The notes: generated by a model not told the origin, from the letters alone. Positions 46,086 through 56,593 are shown, counted from the first letter of the stretch. The stretch is DNA of 64,000 bases from a virus (IMGVR_UViG_3300022699_000224:1-64000), one strand, 5' to 3'. Translations and numbers: made by a program.

Positions 46086-46876
46086 AATCAATATATAAAA
46101 ATCTAAAATATTTTGTATTATTTATAGGATATGAAAGAAGCGGTCATTCTTTAGTAGGTGCATTGTTAGATGCACATAAGAATGTTATTATTCCTCATGA
46201 ATATCATGTTTTGAAGAAATTAAAAGAAAGAGATTTCGAGACCAGAGAAGAATTATTTGATAAATTAATAAAAAGGTCAAAGTGGCAAAAAAATTGTCAA
46301 GAGGGAGGAAGAAGTCAAGGGCAAATTCGTATTAGAAATGAGAGAAAATATAGAGAAATAATTTATAAATATAATGTTCCTAATCAGTATCAAGGAGATT
46401 TTACAGAATTAAATATAATAGGAGATAAAAAAGGTGATGGAATTTGTATTGAATATGAAAATAATCCATCTTTACTAACACAATTAATGGATATAATTAA
46501 AATACCTATTAAGTATATTCATGTTATTAGGAATCCTTTTGATAATATAGGTAGAATGGGATTAAATAGAATAGATGAATATTTTACAAGAGTTAAAACT
46601 GTAGAAAATATTAAAAGAATACATAGTATGGATGTTATAGATATATATCATGAAAATATTATTAAAAATCCAACTAAAGAATTACTAAAATTAACTAATT
46701 TTTTAAAAATAGAAACTGATGAAAAGTGGATTCAAGATTGTGCATCTATTATATTTGATAAACCTCATCGAAGTAGATATACAAAAAAATGGACAAGAAG
46801 AAAAAAGAATAAAGTTTTAAATAATATGAAGAAATATAGTTTTTTTGAACCTTATTTACAGGAGAATTATGAATAA
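46082..46876 (+). CDS. Sulfotransferase
   Basis: FIGY.RSGHSL.GALLDAH, IGDKKG, IHV.RNPFDNI, HE.II.NP. Confidence 0.88.
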   Translation: MKSIYKNLKYFVLFIGYERSGHSLVGALLDAHKNVIIPHEYHVLKKLKERDFETREELFDKLIKRSKWQKNCQEGGRSQGQIRIRNERKYREIIYKYNVPNQYQGDFTELNIIGDKKGDGICIEYENNPSLLTQLMDIIKIPIKYIHVIRNPFDNIGRMGLNRIDEYFTRVKTVENIKRIHSMDVIDIYHENIIKNPTKELLKLTNFLKIETDEKWIQDCASIIFDKPHRSRYTKKWTRRKKNKVLNNMKKYSFFEPYLQENYE

Positions 46877-47801
46877 TTATAAATTAATTATTTTAGGTTA
46901 TCCAGTTAATAATCCAAAGGAAATTACATATTGTTTTCAAATGTTAACCTACGGATTATATAAATATTTTAGTAAACTATCTCATGTGAAAGTTATACAA
47001 AAATCTGTTAAAGAAGATTTGACAATTTTGCCTAATGCAGATTTTATTATAGTTAGTGATATAAGAGAATTTTTTAATAAAAAAAATTTAGCATTGTTAA
47101 GAACTAAATGCAAAAAAGTAATATCCTTTTTAGAAAATAGAATTCAAAGTGATTATTCTTTTTGTTTTAAAGATGCAGGTAGTAAATTTCAGCCAAAAGA
47201 AAAATCTAAGATTATACATGCTCCCTATTTACCTGATTTAGTGAAAATACCAAAATCTCGTCATAGAAACACTATTTTATTAGACCATATATGGTTATAT
47301 TGGTGGAAACAAAACAAAAATGATTGGGAAATAAGTAAAGATATTTATAAATGGTTATATGAAATTAAAGATAAATACGAAATAGCATGTCTTGTTAAAG
47401 AACATAAAGACCATGCAGGGGATTGGTCTAAAGAACATTTAAAAGTATTACCATCATTTATAAAACCTATTTTTTCAAGTAATTATGTAGATTATTTAAA
47501 AGCGACAGAAAAATATGAATATTTTATTTTAACCCATGCAGGTAGTTATAATTATAGTATTATAGATATGATAGCAAGGGGTATAAAAGTTTTAGTGCCA
47601 AAAATTAATAGACATTTATATGCGCCAATAGATTTAGTAAAAAGATTTAATTTTCAAATATTTAAAAATAAACACCAATTATTAAATATATTAAAAAATA
47701 GACGCAGAGAACCATGCGCAGAATGTATTAGAGGTTATTTTTGCACTCCTATGAACGAAGTAGTTGAAATAATTGATAAAAAATTAAGGAGCTGGTTATG
47801 A
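46869..47801 (+). CDS. Putative glycosyltransferase (GT-B-like)
   Basis: ILLDH, Y..YL, FILTHAGSY..SIIDM.A.G; island context. Confidence 0.55.
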   Translation: MNNYKLIILGYPVNNPKEITYCFQMLTYGLYKYFSKLSHVKVIQKSVKEDLTILPNADFIIVSDIREFFNKKNLALLRTKCKKVISFLENRIQSDYSFCFKDAGSKFQPKEKSKIIHAPYLPDLVKIPKSRHRNTILLDHIWLYWWKQNKNDWEISKDIYKWLYEIKDKYEIACLVKEHKDHAGDWSKEHLKVLPSFIKPIFSSNYVDYLKATEKYEYFILTHAGSYNYSIIDMIARGIKVLVPKINRHLYAPIDLVKRFNFQIFKNKHQLLNILKNRRREPCAECIRGYFCTPMNEVVEIIDKKLRSWL

Positions 47802-48691
47802 AACCTTGTGATGTAAAAATATATAGCATATGGGGTATTAGTTTTTGCGGTTCTACTTTATTATCATATTGTTTAGGTAAATCTCCTGATTTATTTAGTG
47901 TAGGGGAATCTCATTGGTTAAAAAATGATATAAATAAAGCTATATGCAAAATTCATGGAGTTAATTGTAATTTTTGGGATAAAAATTTCAGAAAAAATAT
48001 AGATAATAGACGTAATCCTTATCCTATGATAAGAAATAAAGCATTTCATGAATATAATATAAAAGCCTTATTATTATCAGATAAAAATGCAGATATTTAT
48101 GAAACTATTATGGCTCCTAAAGGATATGAAAGAATTGATAAAGCTATTTTATTATGTAAAAATCCATATAATCATTTGGCTAGTGTATTAAGAAAACCTA
48201 ATAAGAGTATGGGATTTTCTAAAGATATGACTAAAATAGAGTTAGTAAAAAAATCTTTATATAAATATAAAGTTCATTATAAAAAGGCATATGGATTATT
48301 AATATTAAAAGATATTCCGTTTATGATAATAGATTTTGATAATTTTACGAATGACCCTAATTTTTGGCTATATCGAATGTGTCAATTTTTAGATATAAAA
48401 TATACAAATGATATGTCTAAATATTGGAAATTAAATGATAAATCTCATCAATTAGGTGGGAATAGACTAGTATCTTGTAATTTTGATTCAGAACCTATGA
48501 AAGATGTTTTTTTAGATTTACAATATAATTCTAAAGCACAAGAATGGTATAGAAAGGCACAAAGACATATAAAAACAGATAATAGATGGATAAAAGAGTT
48601 AACAAATGAACAGAAAATAATTGTTTCGCAATCAGATGCATTAAAGACATTTAAATTATTCAAAAAATCAGCAGGCGAGGTGATTAATTAA
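47798..48691 (+). CDS. Sulfotransferase-like protein
   Basis: G.SFCGSTLL...LG, SVGE, K.P...AS, H..GGN, D.RW. Confidence 0.78.
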   Translation: MKPCDVKIYSIWGISFCGSTLLSYCLGKSPDLFSVGESHWLKNDINKAICKIHGVNCNFWDKNFRKNIDNRRNPYPMIRNKAFHEYNIKALLLSDKNADIYETIMAPKGYERIDKAILLCKNPYNHLASVLRKPNKSMGFSKDMTKIELVKKSLYKYKVHYKKAYGLLILKDIPFMIIDFDNFTNDPNFWLYRMCQFLDIKYTNDMSKYWKLNDKSHQLGGNRLVSCNFDSEPMKDVFLDLQYNSKAQEWYRKAQRHIKTDNRWIKELTNEQKIIVSQSDALKTFKLFKKSAGEVIN

Positions 48692-49389
48692 TGAAGAGTA
48701 TAGAAAATAAAATAATGAATTGGATTGGAGATAAAGTTAAAGATACTAAGACTAATGGAATAGTTATAGGTTTATCAGGTGGTATAGATTCTTCTGTATC
48801 TGCTGTTTTATGTAGAAAAATATTGGATAAATTAAAAGTATTTGGAATAATATTACCTTGTTATTCTAATAATAATGATTTAAGAGATGCAGAATTACTT
48901 ACTAATAAATTTGATATTCAGTATATAATATATCCCTTAAATGATATGTATGATAGTTTTAAATCCCATAATCCCTTATCAGATAATTTAACCGATGCTA
49001 ATTTAAAATCCAGACTTAGAATGGCAGTGTTATATTATTATGCTAACTATTATAATTCGCTTGTAGTAGGCACTACTAATAAGACTGAATATGAAATTGG
49101 ATATTATACTAAATATGGCGATGGAGGAGTTGATATAGAGCCTATAGCAGACTTATATAAAACAGAAATAAAAAAATTAGCTAAATATTTAAAAATTCCT
49201 GACAAAATAATTAATAAAGCTCCATCAGCAGGATTATGGAAAGGTCAAACTGATGAAGATGAACTAGGTATTACTTATAGTGAATTAGACAAACAATTAA
49301 AAAGCAAAAAATATAGTAAACTAGTTAGAGATTTAATTAATAAATCAAAACACAAACGTCAAATGCCTCCTTATTGTAAATTAAAATGA
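48691..49389 (+). CDS. nadE: NH3-dependent NAD+ synthetase
   Basis: GLSGGIDS, NLKSRLRM, GTTNKTE..GY.TKYGDGGVD, PSAGLW.GQTDEDELG, HKR. Confidence 0.93.
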   Translation: MKSIENKIMNWIGDKVKDTKTNGIVIGLSGGIDSSVSAVLCRKILDKLKVFGIILPCYSNNNDLRDAELLTNKFDIQYIIYPLNDMYDSFKSHNPLSDNLTDANLKSRLRMAVLYYYANYYNSLVVGTTNKTEYEIGYYTKYGDGGVDIEPIADLYKTEIKKLAKYLKIPDKIINKAPSAGLWKGQTDEDELGITYSELDKQLKSKKYSKLVRDLINKSKHKRQMPPYCKLK

Positions 49390-49997
49390 AATTTATAACC
49401 TTTTATACAGAAGATACTATTTACGAAAAAGGGTTTAAAAAGTTATTAGAACCTTCTCTAAAAAAATTTGCGTTACCTTACTATGTAATAAAAATAAAAG
49501 ATAGAGGGGGATGGGCTAAAAATACTTGTCAAAAACCAAAAATTATTTTAGATTGTTTGAATTTATTTGATGAAGATTTGTGTTATATTGATTCTGATGC
49601 CAAAATTATTAAATATCCTGAAAAACTATTTATGATACCTAAACATTTTGATATAGCAGTGCATTATTTATCTTGGGAAAATTTTTATGGCAGGGATTCA
49701 GATAAAGGGAAATACGAATTAATAGATGGCACTATTTGGATTAAAAATAATAATAAAATGAAAAGATTTATTAAAAATTGGAAAGAACAAACAACAGATA
49801 GAGAATTAAATCATCAAAAACGATTACATAAAATGTTAGCTAATAAAAAAACTATTAATGTTTATGATTTTGGTAGAGAATATTGTTATATTATAAATAC
49901 TAGTTTTGGTAAAAAACCAGCAAAAAAATTAAAAAATCCTGTTATAGTTCATTATCAATATAGTAGAAAAGCTAAAAAAGGTAAATTATATGGCTAA
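49386..49997 (+). CDS. Nucleotide-diphospho-sugar transferase (GT-A)
   Basis: W..N...KP..I, YIDSDA, EYC.I, I.H.Q.SR. Confidence 0.78.
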   Translation: MKFITFYTEDTIYEKGFKKLLEPSLKKFALPYYVIKIKDRGGWAKNTCQKPKIILDCLNLFDEDLCYIDSDAKIIKYPEKLFMIPKHFDIAVHYLSWENFYGRDSDKGKYELIDGTIWIKNNNKMKRFIKNWKEQTTDRELNHQKRLHKMLANKKTINVYDFGREYCYIINTSFGKKPAKKLKNPVIVHYQYSRKAKKGKLYG

Positions 49998-50017
49998 ATA
50001 GTATTAAGGAGATTCAA

Positions 50018-50911
50018 ATGTTAAAAAATAGTAAAGTATTAGTTACAGGCGGTGCAGGGTTTATAGGTTCACATATAGTAGATGAATTAGTAAAAAATAA
50101 TAATAAAGTAATAGTGATAGATAATTTTAGTAACGGTAGATTATTTAATCTGATAAATAATATTAAAGATATAAAAATATATTGGAATGATATTAGAAAC
50201 ATAGATATAGTAGATAAAGCGTGTGAAGAAGTAGATTATGTAATTCATCAAGGTGCGTTAGCTAATGTAACCGAATCTATTAAATCTCCTGAAAAATATT
50301 TTAGTATTAATGTATTAGGAACTAGAAATATATTACATAGCGCATTAAAAAATAATGTAAAGAAGATAGTTTTAGCTTCTTCTTCTGCTGTAGAATATTT
50401 AACTTCTCCTTATGCTTATAATAAAAAAAATAATGAAAATGATACTTTATCATATATAAAAAATTTTAATTTTCCTATAGTAGCATTAAGATATTATAAT
50501 GTATACGGAGCAAGGCAAAAAGTTAAAACTGATGGTGCAGTTATACCAAATTTTATGAATAAAATATTGAGTAATGATTTTCCTTTTATATACGGAGATG
50601 GAACTCAAAAAAGAGATTTTGTATATGTTAAAGATGTAGTTAACGCTAATCTCTATGCATTAACTTCTAATAATATAGGAATATATAGCGTTGGTTTTGG
50701 AACAGCATATTCAATAAATTATTTATGTAATACTATTAAAAAATTAGCATTTAAAAATATGAAAACTGTATATATGGAAGCTAGAAAAGGAGATGTAAAA
50801 TTATCTCAGTCTAATTGTCGTGAATATTTAACGAATTGGAAACCTAAATTTAATTTAAAAAAAGGATTAAAAGAAACTATTAAATATTATAAGGAGACAA
50901 TCAAATGTTGA
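50018..50911 (+). CDS. NAD-dependent sugar epimerase/dehydratase
   Basis: VTGGAGFIGSH, ASSSAV, PYA..K, LRYYNVYG, RDFVYV.DV. Confidence 0.92.
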   Translation: MLKNSKVLVTGGAGFIGSHIVDELVKNNNKVIVIDNFSNGRLFNLINNIKDIKIYWNDIRNIDIVDKACEEVDYVIHQGALANVTESIKSPEKYFSINVLGTRNILHSALKNNVKKIVLASSSAVEYLTSPYAYNKKNNENDTLSYIKNFNFPIVALRYYNVYGARQKVKTDGAVIPNFMNKILSNDFPFIYGDGTQKRDFVYVKDVVNANLYALTSNNIGIYSVGFGTAYSINYLCNTIKKLAFKNMKTVYMEARKGDVKLSQSNCREYLTNWKPKFNLKKGLKETIKYYKETIKC

Positions 50912-51426
50912 ATAAAATTATAAGTTTGATATTATTAAGTATCTTAGGTGGTATATTAGGAACATATGCAGGAGCAGATGAAACTTCAAAAGGAATACGT
51001 AGATTTGGAATTCCAGGTATATTAATGATAATAGCTTGGTTAAATTTACATAATTGGTTAGTTTTATTTGTAATGCTGTTATCATTTGGTCTTAGTTTAG
51101 GATATGGTATTCCATGTGGAACAGATAAAGGTTCTACTCTTGGTAGATTTTGGTATAAAATATTTAGAGGAAATAAAAAATTATCTAATATTTTTACTAG
51201 AGGCGCTATTGCTTTAGTATTAAATATAGGTTTATTAATTATTCCTATTATAAAAGGAAATTGGTTTATATATATGATTACTGGTATAACTATATTATTA
51301 AATCATAGTTTATTATCATGGAGAAATTGGGGAACTTTTAAGTTTTTAAATAAAAATTTAAATTGGATAGACTTTGTAGTATATATTATTTTTACTGGAA
51401 GTGCATTATGTTTGATATTAATATAA
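50905..51426 (+). CDS. Multi-pass membrane protein
   Basis: Several hydrophobic helices; RRFGIP, SLGYG. Confidence 0.65.
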   Translation: MLNKIISLILLSILGGILGTYAGADETSKGIRRFGIPGILMIIAWLNLHNWLVLFVMLLSFGLSLGYGIPCGTDKGSTLGRFWYKIFRGNKKLSNIFTRGAIALVLNIGLLIIPIIKGNWFIYMITGITILLNHSLLSWRNWGTFKFLNKNLNWIDFVVYIIFTGSALCLILI

Positions 51427-52196
51427 AATCTAATCAAGCAATTATTATAGGGGGAGGCTATAGTATTAAAAAAGGTATTAAAAAAGGTCTCTTTAATAAA
51501 ATTAAAGATAAATTTACTATAGGTTGTAATTATAGTTATAAATATTTTAATTCTACTATATTATGTTATGTAGATAAACCTTTTTATGAAAAACAAAGTA
51601 AAATAAATAAATTTAAAAAGATTCCTTTAGTTATAGGAAAATATTTTCCAGATATTAATATTAATTCCAATACTATTCCATTAAAAGTTACTCATAAATA
51701 TAATAGAGATTTATCTAAAGGAGTATACAAAAGTAGTTTAGTAGGTTATTTTGCTCTAAGTTTAGCTATACATTTATTAGATAAAGGCGAAATTTTTCTA
51801 TTAGGATTTGATTTTGGAGAAATTAGAAGAACTGATTATGACAAATTACTTAAATCTAAGAAACAAATAAACGAATTAGTATTGAGAGATAATAAAAATA
51901 GACCATTAACTCATTTTTATCAAAATAATATAGAACATAGAGGAATAGGTAAAATTAATTTTTATAATGGAAAAGATAGAGCTAAAAAAGATTTTTCTGT
52001 TTATTTAAATGAGAAAAAAGTTAAAATTTATAACGTTTCTTTAATCAGTAAAATACCAGATAATATTTTTCAGAAAATTAGTTATGATAAATTTTTTAAA
52101 AAATTAAATAATAAACAATATAATCAAAATAAAGTTAGGGCTTATATTAAAAATAAATGTTTAAAATTAAAAAAAATACATGAAATAAATAAATAA
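51408..52196 (+). CDS. Maf/MptE-like (DUF115-type) putative glycosyltransferase
   Basis: IIIGGG.S, IGCN, ALSLA..L...IFLLGFD, HFY, IYNVS. Confidence 0.7.
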   Translation: MFDINIKSNQAIIIGGGYSIKKGIKKGLFNKIKDKFTIGCNYSYKYFNSTILCYVDKPFYEKQSKINKFKKIPLVIGKYFPDININSNTIPLKVTHKYNRDLSKGVYKSSLVGYFALSLAIHLLDKGEIFLLGFDFGEIRRTDYDKLLKSKKQINELVLRDNKNRPLTHFYQNNIEHRGIGKINFYNGKDRAKKDFSVYLNEKKVKIYNVSLISKIPDNIFQKISYDKFFKKLNNKQYNQNKVRAYIKNKCLKLKKIHEINK

Positions 52197-52206
52197 GGAG
52201 GACTTA

Positions 52207-52818
52207 ATGAAATATTTTTTTACTTCGGATTTACATTTAGGTCATGCAAATATAATAAAATATTGCGGAAGAACTATATTTATGACAAAAAAAGATAAAA
52301 ATATTTATAAATCTTTACGATATACTAGCAAAGACAAACAACGATTATTTAAAATAAGTAATCTTTCTTTAAATAAAATGAATAAAGGACTTATAAGAAA
52401 TTGGAACGAAAGAGTAAAAAAAGAAGATATTATTTTTCATATAGGAGATTTTTGTTTTAAAAAAGTTTCATCTAAGAAATCTATAGAATGGGAAAAGTTA
52501 TTAAATGGTAAAGTTATTCATATAGAGGGAAATCATGATTCTAATAATAGCACTAAAACTATTATAAAAAATTTAGTAATTAAATACAGTAATAAAAAAA
52601 TAAATTTAGTTCATAACCCTACCCACGCTGATTATTATTATAATATAAATTTTGTTGGTCATGTTCATAATCTTTGGAAATTTAAAAGAATTAAAACTCA
52701 TTATGGTTTTACTGATTTAATAAATGTAGGAACAGATGTATGGAATTATTATCCTGTAACATTTAATGAGATAATGAAAGAATATAATCAATGGTTAAAT
52801 AAGGAGATTAAGACATGA
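52207..52818 (+). CDS. Calcineurin-like metallophosphoesterase
   Basis: TSDLHLGH.NI, GDF, GNHD, H.P, GHVH, NVG.D. Confidence 0.88.
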   Translation: MKYFFTSDLHLGHANIIKYCGRTIFMTKKDKNIYKSLRYTSKDKQRLFKISNLSLNKMNKGLIRNWNERVKKEDIIFHIGDFCFKKVSSKKSIEWEKLLNGKVIHIEGNHDSNNSTKTIIKNLVIKYSNKKINLVHNPTHADYYYNINFVGHVHNLWKFKRIKTHYGFTDLINVGTDVWNYYPVTFNEIMKEYNQWLNKEIKT

Positions 52819-53075
52819 ATAAATCTATAAATGATATACCAAAAGGCTTTTACTGTTACACTAGATTAAAAAATGGTAAATTAAAAATTTGTCCTTATTG
52901 GAGTAAAAATAATAGTAAACCGAAACAAAACAACGGTTATTGTGCTTATTTAGAAAAAGGAGATTGGGAATATAGTAAAGGTATTACATTATTATGGGAT
53001 ATGTGCAAGATGTGTGGTATAAATGAATACACAGATAAAGAATTGGATGAAATGTGGGAACAAGGAGAATTATAA
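52815..53075 (+). CDS. Cys-rich conserved phage protein
   Basis: IPKG.YCY...CPYW...GYC...LLWD.CK.CGIN. Confidence 0.65.
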   Translation: MNKSINDIPKGFYCYTRLKNGKLKICPYWSKNNSKPKQNNGYCAYLEKGDWEYSKGITLLWDMCKMCGINEYTDKELDEMWEQGEL

Positions 53076-53543
53076 ATGATAAAAAAAGGAGATATATTAT
53101 TGGTTAAATATAATTTAGACCCTATAGGTTGGTTAATTCGTAAATTTACTAAATCTAATTGGAATCATGTAGCATGGGTGTTAAATAAATATACTGTTAT
53201 AGAATCATGTCGAAAAGGAATAATATTAACTCCTATTTCAAAATATAAAAATAAAATTTTATATGAAACTAAACTTAAAAGAATAAAAAATATATCTAAA
53301 AAAGACTTAGATATAGCAATTAATATAGCTTTAAAATTTAAACGAAAAAGAAATTATTTTAAATTATTACTTACTTTTATTAATGTATATTTAAAAATCA
53401 ATAATAAACTCCCTGACGTAACTTGTTCAGGGCTAATTTCTTATTGTTTAAGTAAAGTAAGTTTTTATTTTAACAAAAATAAACATCCATTAATGACAGT
53501 GCCTGAAGATATTAATAAATGTAGGAGACTGTATAATGTGTAA
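53076..53543 (+). CDS. Permuted papain-like NlpC/P60 amidase (YaeF/YiiX-like)
   Basis: GDILL, I...T.S.WNHVA, IES, TCSGLI, P.DI. Confidence 0.8.
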   Translation: MIKKGDILLVKYNLDPIGWLIRKFTKSNWNHVAWVLNKYTVIESCRKGIILTPISKYKNKILYETKLKRIKNISKKDLDIAINIALKFKRKRNYFKLLLTFINVYLKINNKLPDVTCSGLISYCLSKVSFYFNKNKHPLMTVPEDINKCRRLYNV

Positions 53544-54237
53544 TAAAGAATTAAATTTTACTATTTTAGTTCCAATTTATAATGAATCCAAAACTTTATA
53601 TTCAATGTTAAAAAAATTAAAAGATTGTAATTATAATTATTTAATAGTAGATGATGGGTCTAATGATGGAACTAAAACTATTTTACATCAATCTAAAACT
53701 AATTTTATAAATTATAAATATAATAGAGGTAAAGGTTATGCTATTAAAGTAGGAGCTAAATTAATATTAGAATCTACTAATAATGATTATATCTTAATTA
53801 TAGATGGAGACGGTCAAATGAGCTTTGAGGACATTAAATATTTTATTATGAGTGCTTACAGTTATCCTAAAGCTAAAATATTTATAGGAGATAGATTACA
53901 TAATCGTTCTTCTATACCGTTATTTAGATATTATATTAATAAAGTTATGAGCTTTTTATTATCTAAAATATCAGGACAAAGAATAAATGACAGTCAATGC
54001 GGATTTCGCTTAATACATAAAGATATATTTAAACTTAAACTTAATTCTAATAATTTTGAATTTGAAAGTGAAATGTTAATTAAGGCAAGTAAAATGGGAT
54101 ATAAAATAAAAAATGTTCCAATAAGATGTATTTATAAACCAAATAGAATAAGTAAAATAAATCCTATAAAAGATACTATAAGATTTATTAAACTTCTATT
54201 TAATTTATTGAAAAAAGGAGGGAATACATGTATATAA
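53536..54237 (+). CDS. GT2-family glycosyltransferase (DPM1-like)
   Basis: VPIYNE, VDDGSNDGT, N.GKG.A, DGDGQ, DSQCGFR, FESEMLI. Confidence 0.92.
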   Translation: MCNKELNFTILVPIYNESKTLYSMLKKLKDCNYNYLIVDDGSNDGTKTILHQSKTNFINYKYNRGKGYAIKVGAKLILESTNNDYILIIDGDGQMSFEDIKYFIMSAYSYPKAKIFIGDRLHNRSSIPLFRYYINKVMSFLLSKISGQRINDSQCGFRLIHKDIFKLKLNSNNFEFESEMLIKASKMGYKIKNVPIRCIYKPNRISKINPIKDTIRFIKLLFNLLKKGGNTCI

Positions 54238-54617
54238 TTACTTTTACTGACGGAACTACTTTTAAAGGAGAAAGTCCTAATAATTCTAAATGGAATACAA
54301 TGCCAAATAAGGCTATAAAAAGATTACGATACAAAATATTAGGTCATAAAATATTATTTGAAAATTTTGAAGCATATAATCATATAGTAGAAAGAATTGC
54401 TAATATTTCTATACCTACAGGAGAAAAGATAAGTAGAGTAATATTAATGACTAAATATAATAAAGTAGTTCGTAAATTAATTTTTGATTATATTAATAAA
54501 AAAGTTCATATAGAATTTGCTACTTGGAGTCAAGAATTTAATGGTAGGAAAGTTACAGGTTGGAAAAAAGGTATTGAATATAATACTAATTTAAATCCTA
54601 TATGGAAAGTTAACTAA
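54228..54617 (+). CDS. Hypothetical protein
   Basis: ORF with GGAGG RBS; overlaps convergent gene by 8 bp. Confidence 0.6.
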   Translation: MYIITFTDGTTFKGESPNNSKWNTMPNKAIKRLRYKILGHKILFENFEAYNHIVERIANISIPTGEKISRVILMTKYNKVVRKLIFDYINKKVHIEFATWSQEFNGRKVTGWKKGIEYNTNLNPIWKVN

Positions 54618-55131
54618 GATATTTGTAAGGATTATCAAAATCTATATAAAGTCTAACTTTTGTATCTGGTAAATTTTTACTATTATGACTAGTATAAAAT
54701 CCTATATTTAAAGTAACTTTCTTAATATTATCATTTTCTTCATCTTCTATATCTTCAATAAAAATAAAATCGCTTTGATAAATATCAAAATCACTAGTAT
54801 CATCTCTAACAAATGTCCTATAGTCAAAATCTTCGCCTTGATATATTAAAGCATAATTAATAAAAGGCACAAAGTTAACATTCATTCTAGAAAATTCTAT
54901 TTCCCAATTCTTATATAAAACTTGACTATTTGAATAATTTTTAAAATCGAAATAAATCCATCCAGAGTCGTATTCAAAGCCACTTTTAAATAAATGTTTT
55001 CTTACCTTAACTTTTTCTACATTATCCTTTAAACTAGTAATATCTTCTTTTTCTCGGTCAATAGAATTAGATACTTTTTTATGGTTAGACCATAATTTTT
55101 TAATTTTGTGCGGAGTATTTTTGTATTTCAT
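54610..55131 (-). CDS. Tail-associated protein, paralog family A
   Basis: MKY...HKIKKL N-terminus shared with neighbours. Confidence 0.65.
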   Translation of the reverse strand: MKYKNTPHKIKKLWSNHKKVSNSIDREKEDITSLKDNVEKVKVRKHLFKSGFEYDSGWIYFDFKNYSNSQVLYKNWEIEFSRMNVNFVPFINYALIYQGEDFDYRTFVRDDTSDFDIYQSDFIFIEDIEDEENDNIKKVTLNIGFYTSHNSKNLPDTKVRLYIDFDNPYKYLS

Positions 55132-56593
55132 GATATTCTAAAGGATTTTTTATTTTTACGATAAATTTTAAGGATATAGGTATGCTCTCTGAAGTATATA
55201 ATACCCTTTCTTTAAAAGTATGATTTTTATTTTCTGTCCAATTTGGTATAGATGGGTATACGTTAGTGTAAGTATCATTATATTCTACATATTCATATTC
55301 TTGATATATTTTTTTAGCTTTAACCGTTTTCAGTATTTTTCCATCCATTATTAATCTATACTTTGTTCTATCTTCTTCTGTTTCAGGAGATACTCTAAAA
55401 AATCTTTTTCTATTAGAACCTCCGTAACCTGATTCTATAGAAGTAGATAATATTTTTTTTACTGGATAAGGGTCAGGATTACGTTTTATAGTTACAGTTG
55501 AAATTGATACTTCTTCTGCTGGTGGAAGATAACAATTCCATTTATCAGAATCTCCTTCATCTTCACCTGTATCATACATTTCTATTTTATATCTTAAATT
55601 AGTATCATAAAAAACCCAATAATTATTTTTTTCAAAATCAGGTAAAATTATATCAGTATCTATATCAGTATCTACATAAACAAATCCACTAGAGTAACTT
55701 TGCCACGTATCTCCTACTTTTCTTTGCATTACACCATTTAAAACTATCTCATAATTATTACCATAAGTGCCATTATATGTAACACCATCTTGATAGTGAG
55801 TTACATAATCATAAATAGGGTCGTCATCTTCATCATATCCTGTTAATTCATATACAGTATATTCTCTTAAAGCTCTCATATTTATGGTAGTAGAATTCAT
55901 AGAATAAATTTGTAATTTATTACCATATTCATTTCCCTCATTACCTTCATAAGTTCCATGCATGAAACATCTATAAAGTTCAGTAGGTTGCGGTGCTGGA
56001 TTAGTAGTAACTGTAACAGTTACTACATCACCTTTAATTCTATATTGAGTTCCATATTTTGTAAAATATATCCAAGTCTGATTTCCATCTTCATCATAAG
56101 CAGTTCTCCAGTTATCTTTATAATGTTTTACAGTGCCATCATCAATATATTCTTGAGTAGTAATGCCATCAGGTAAACCTATTCCTTTATATATAATAGT
56201 GCCATCAGTATAAACTTCTACATAATCTTCTTCCCATCTTGACATTTCCCATTCAGGAGAAATAGCCACTGGTTTTTCTTTAGTATCATGAGTTTTTACC
56301 AATACCGCTACATCAACAAAAGGAATTAAATTTTCTGGTAAATAAAAATCTAGATACTTTTCATATAATACTTGTTCAGGAATTAGAGTTCCTTTATCAG
56401 TAACTCTATTATAATTAGTAGAAGGGTCAAAATTTTCCCATTCTGTTTCTTTTAAAGTAACAGCAGGGGTTATTTTATCTCCTCTAAGAAAATAATTTTT
56501 TACTGTATTATCTAGATTAGTTAACTTTACTTTATTACTTTTTATCTTATCATAGATTTTTCTTATTTTATTCTTTTTTTGTTTGTATTTCAT
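55100..56593 (-). CDS. Tail-associated protein, paralog family A with large insertion (possible receptor-binding)
   Basis: Same N- and C-terminal patterns; acidic, Tyr/Gly-rich middle. Confidence 0.65.
   Translation of the reverse strand: MKYKQKKNKIRKIYDKIKSNKVKLTNLDNTVKNYFLRGDKITPAVTLKETEWENFDPSTNYNRVTDKGTLIPEQVLYEKYLDFYLPENLIPFVDVAVLVKTHDTKEKPVAISPEWEMSRWEEDYVEVYTDGTIIYKGIGLPDGITTQEYIDDGTVKHYKDNWRTAYDEDGNQTWIYFTKYGTQYRIKGDVVTVTVTTNPAPQPTELYRCFMHGTYEGNEGNEYGNKLQIYSMNSTTINMRALREYTVYELTGYDEDDDPIYDYVTHYQDGVTYNGTYGNNYEIVLNGVMQRKVGDTWQSYSSGFVYVDTDIDTDIILPDFEKNNYWVFYDTNLRYKIEMYDTGEDEGDSDKWNCYLPPAEEVSISTVTIKRNPDPYPVKKILSTSIESGYGGSNRKRFFRVSPETEEDRTKYRLIMDGKILKTVKAKKIYQEYEYVEYNDTYTNVYPSIPNWTENKNHTFKERVLYTSESIPISLKFIVKIKNPLEYHEIQKYSAQN

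Noticed and set aside
4207-50202. Short - strand ORFs antisense to + strand genes (e.g. 4207, 4634, 6295, 7547, 11849, 17206, 29971, 48448, 50014)
   Set aside because: Shadow ORFs: Phe/Leu/Ile-rich mirror of Lys/Asn-rich sense genes, with no RBS or motifs.
54590-54720. Imperfect direct repeat AAATCCTATAT..AAAGT.AC at the convergence of the two gene blocks
   Set aside because: Short and AT-rich, inside coding sequence; compatible with chance. No clear terminator seen.
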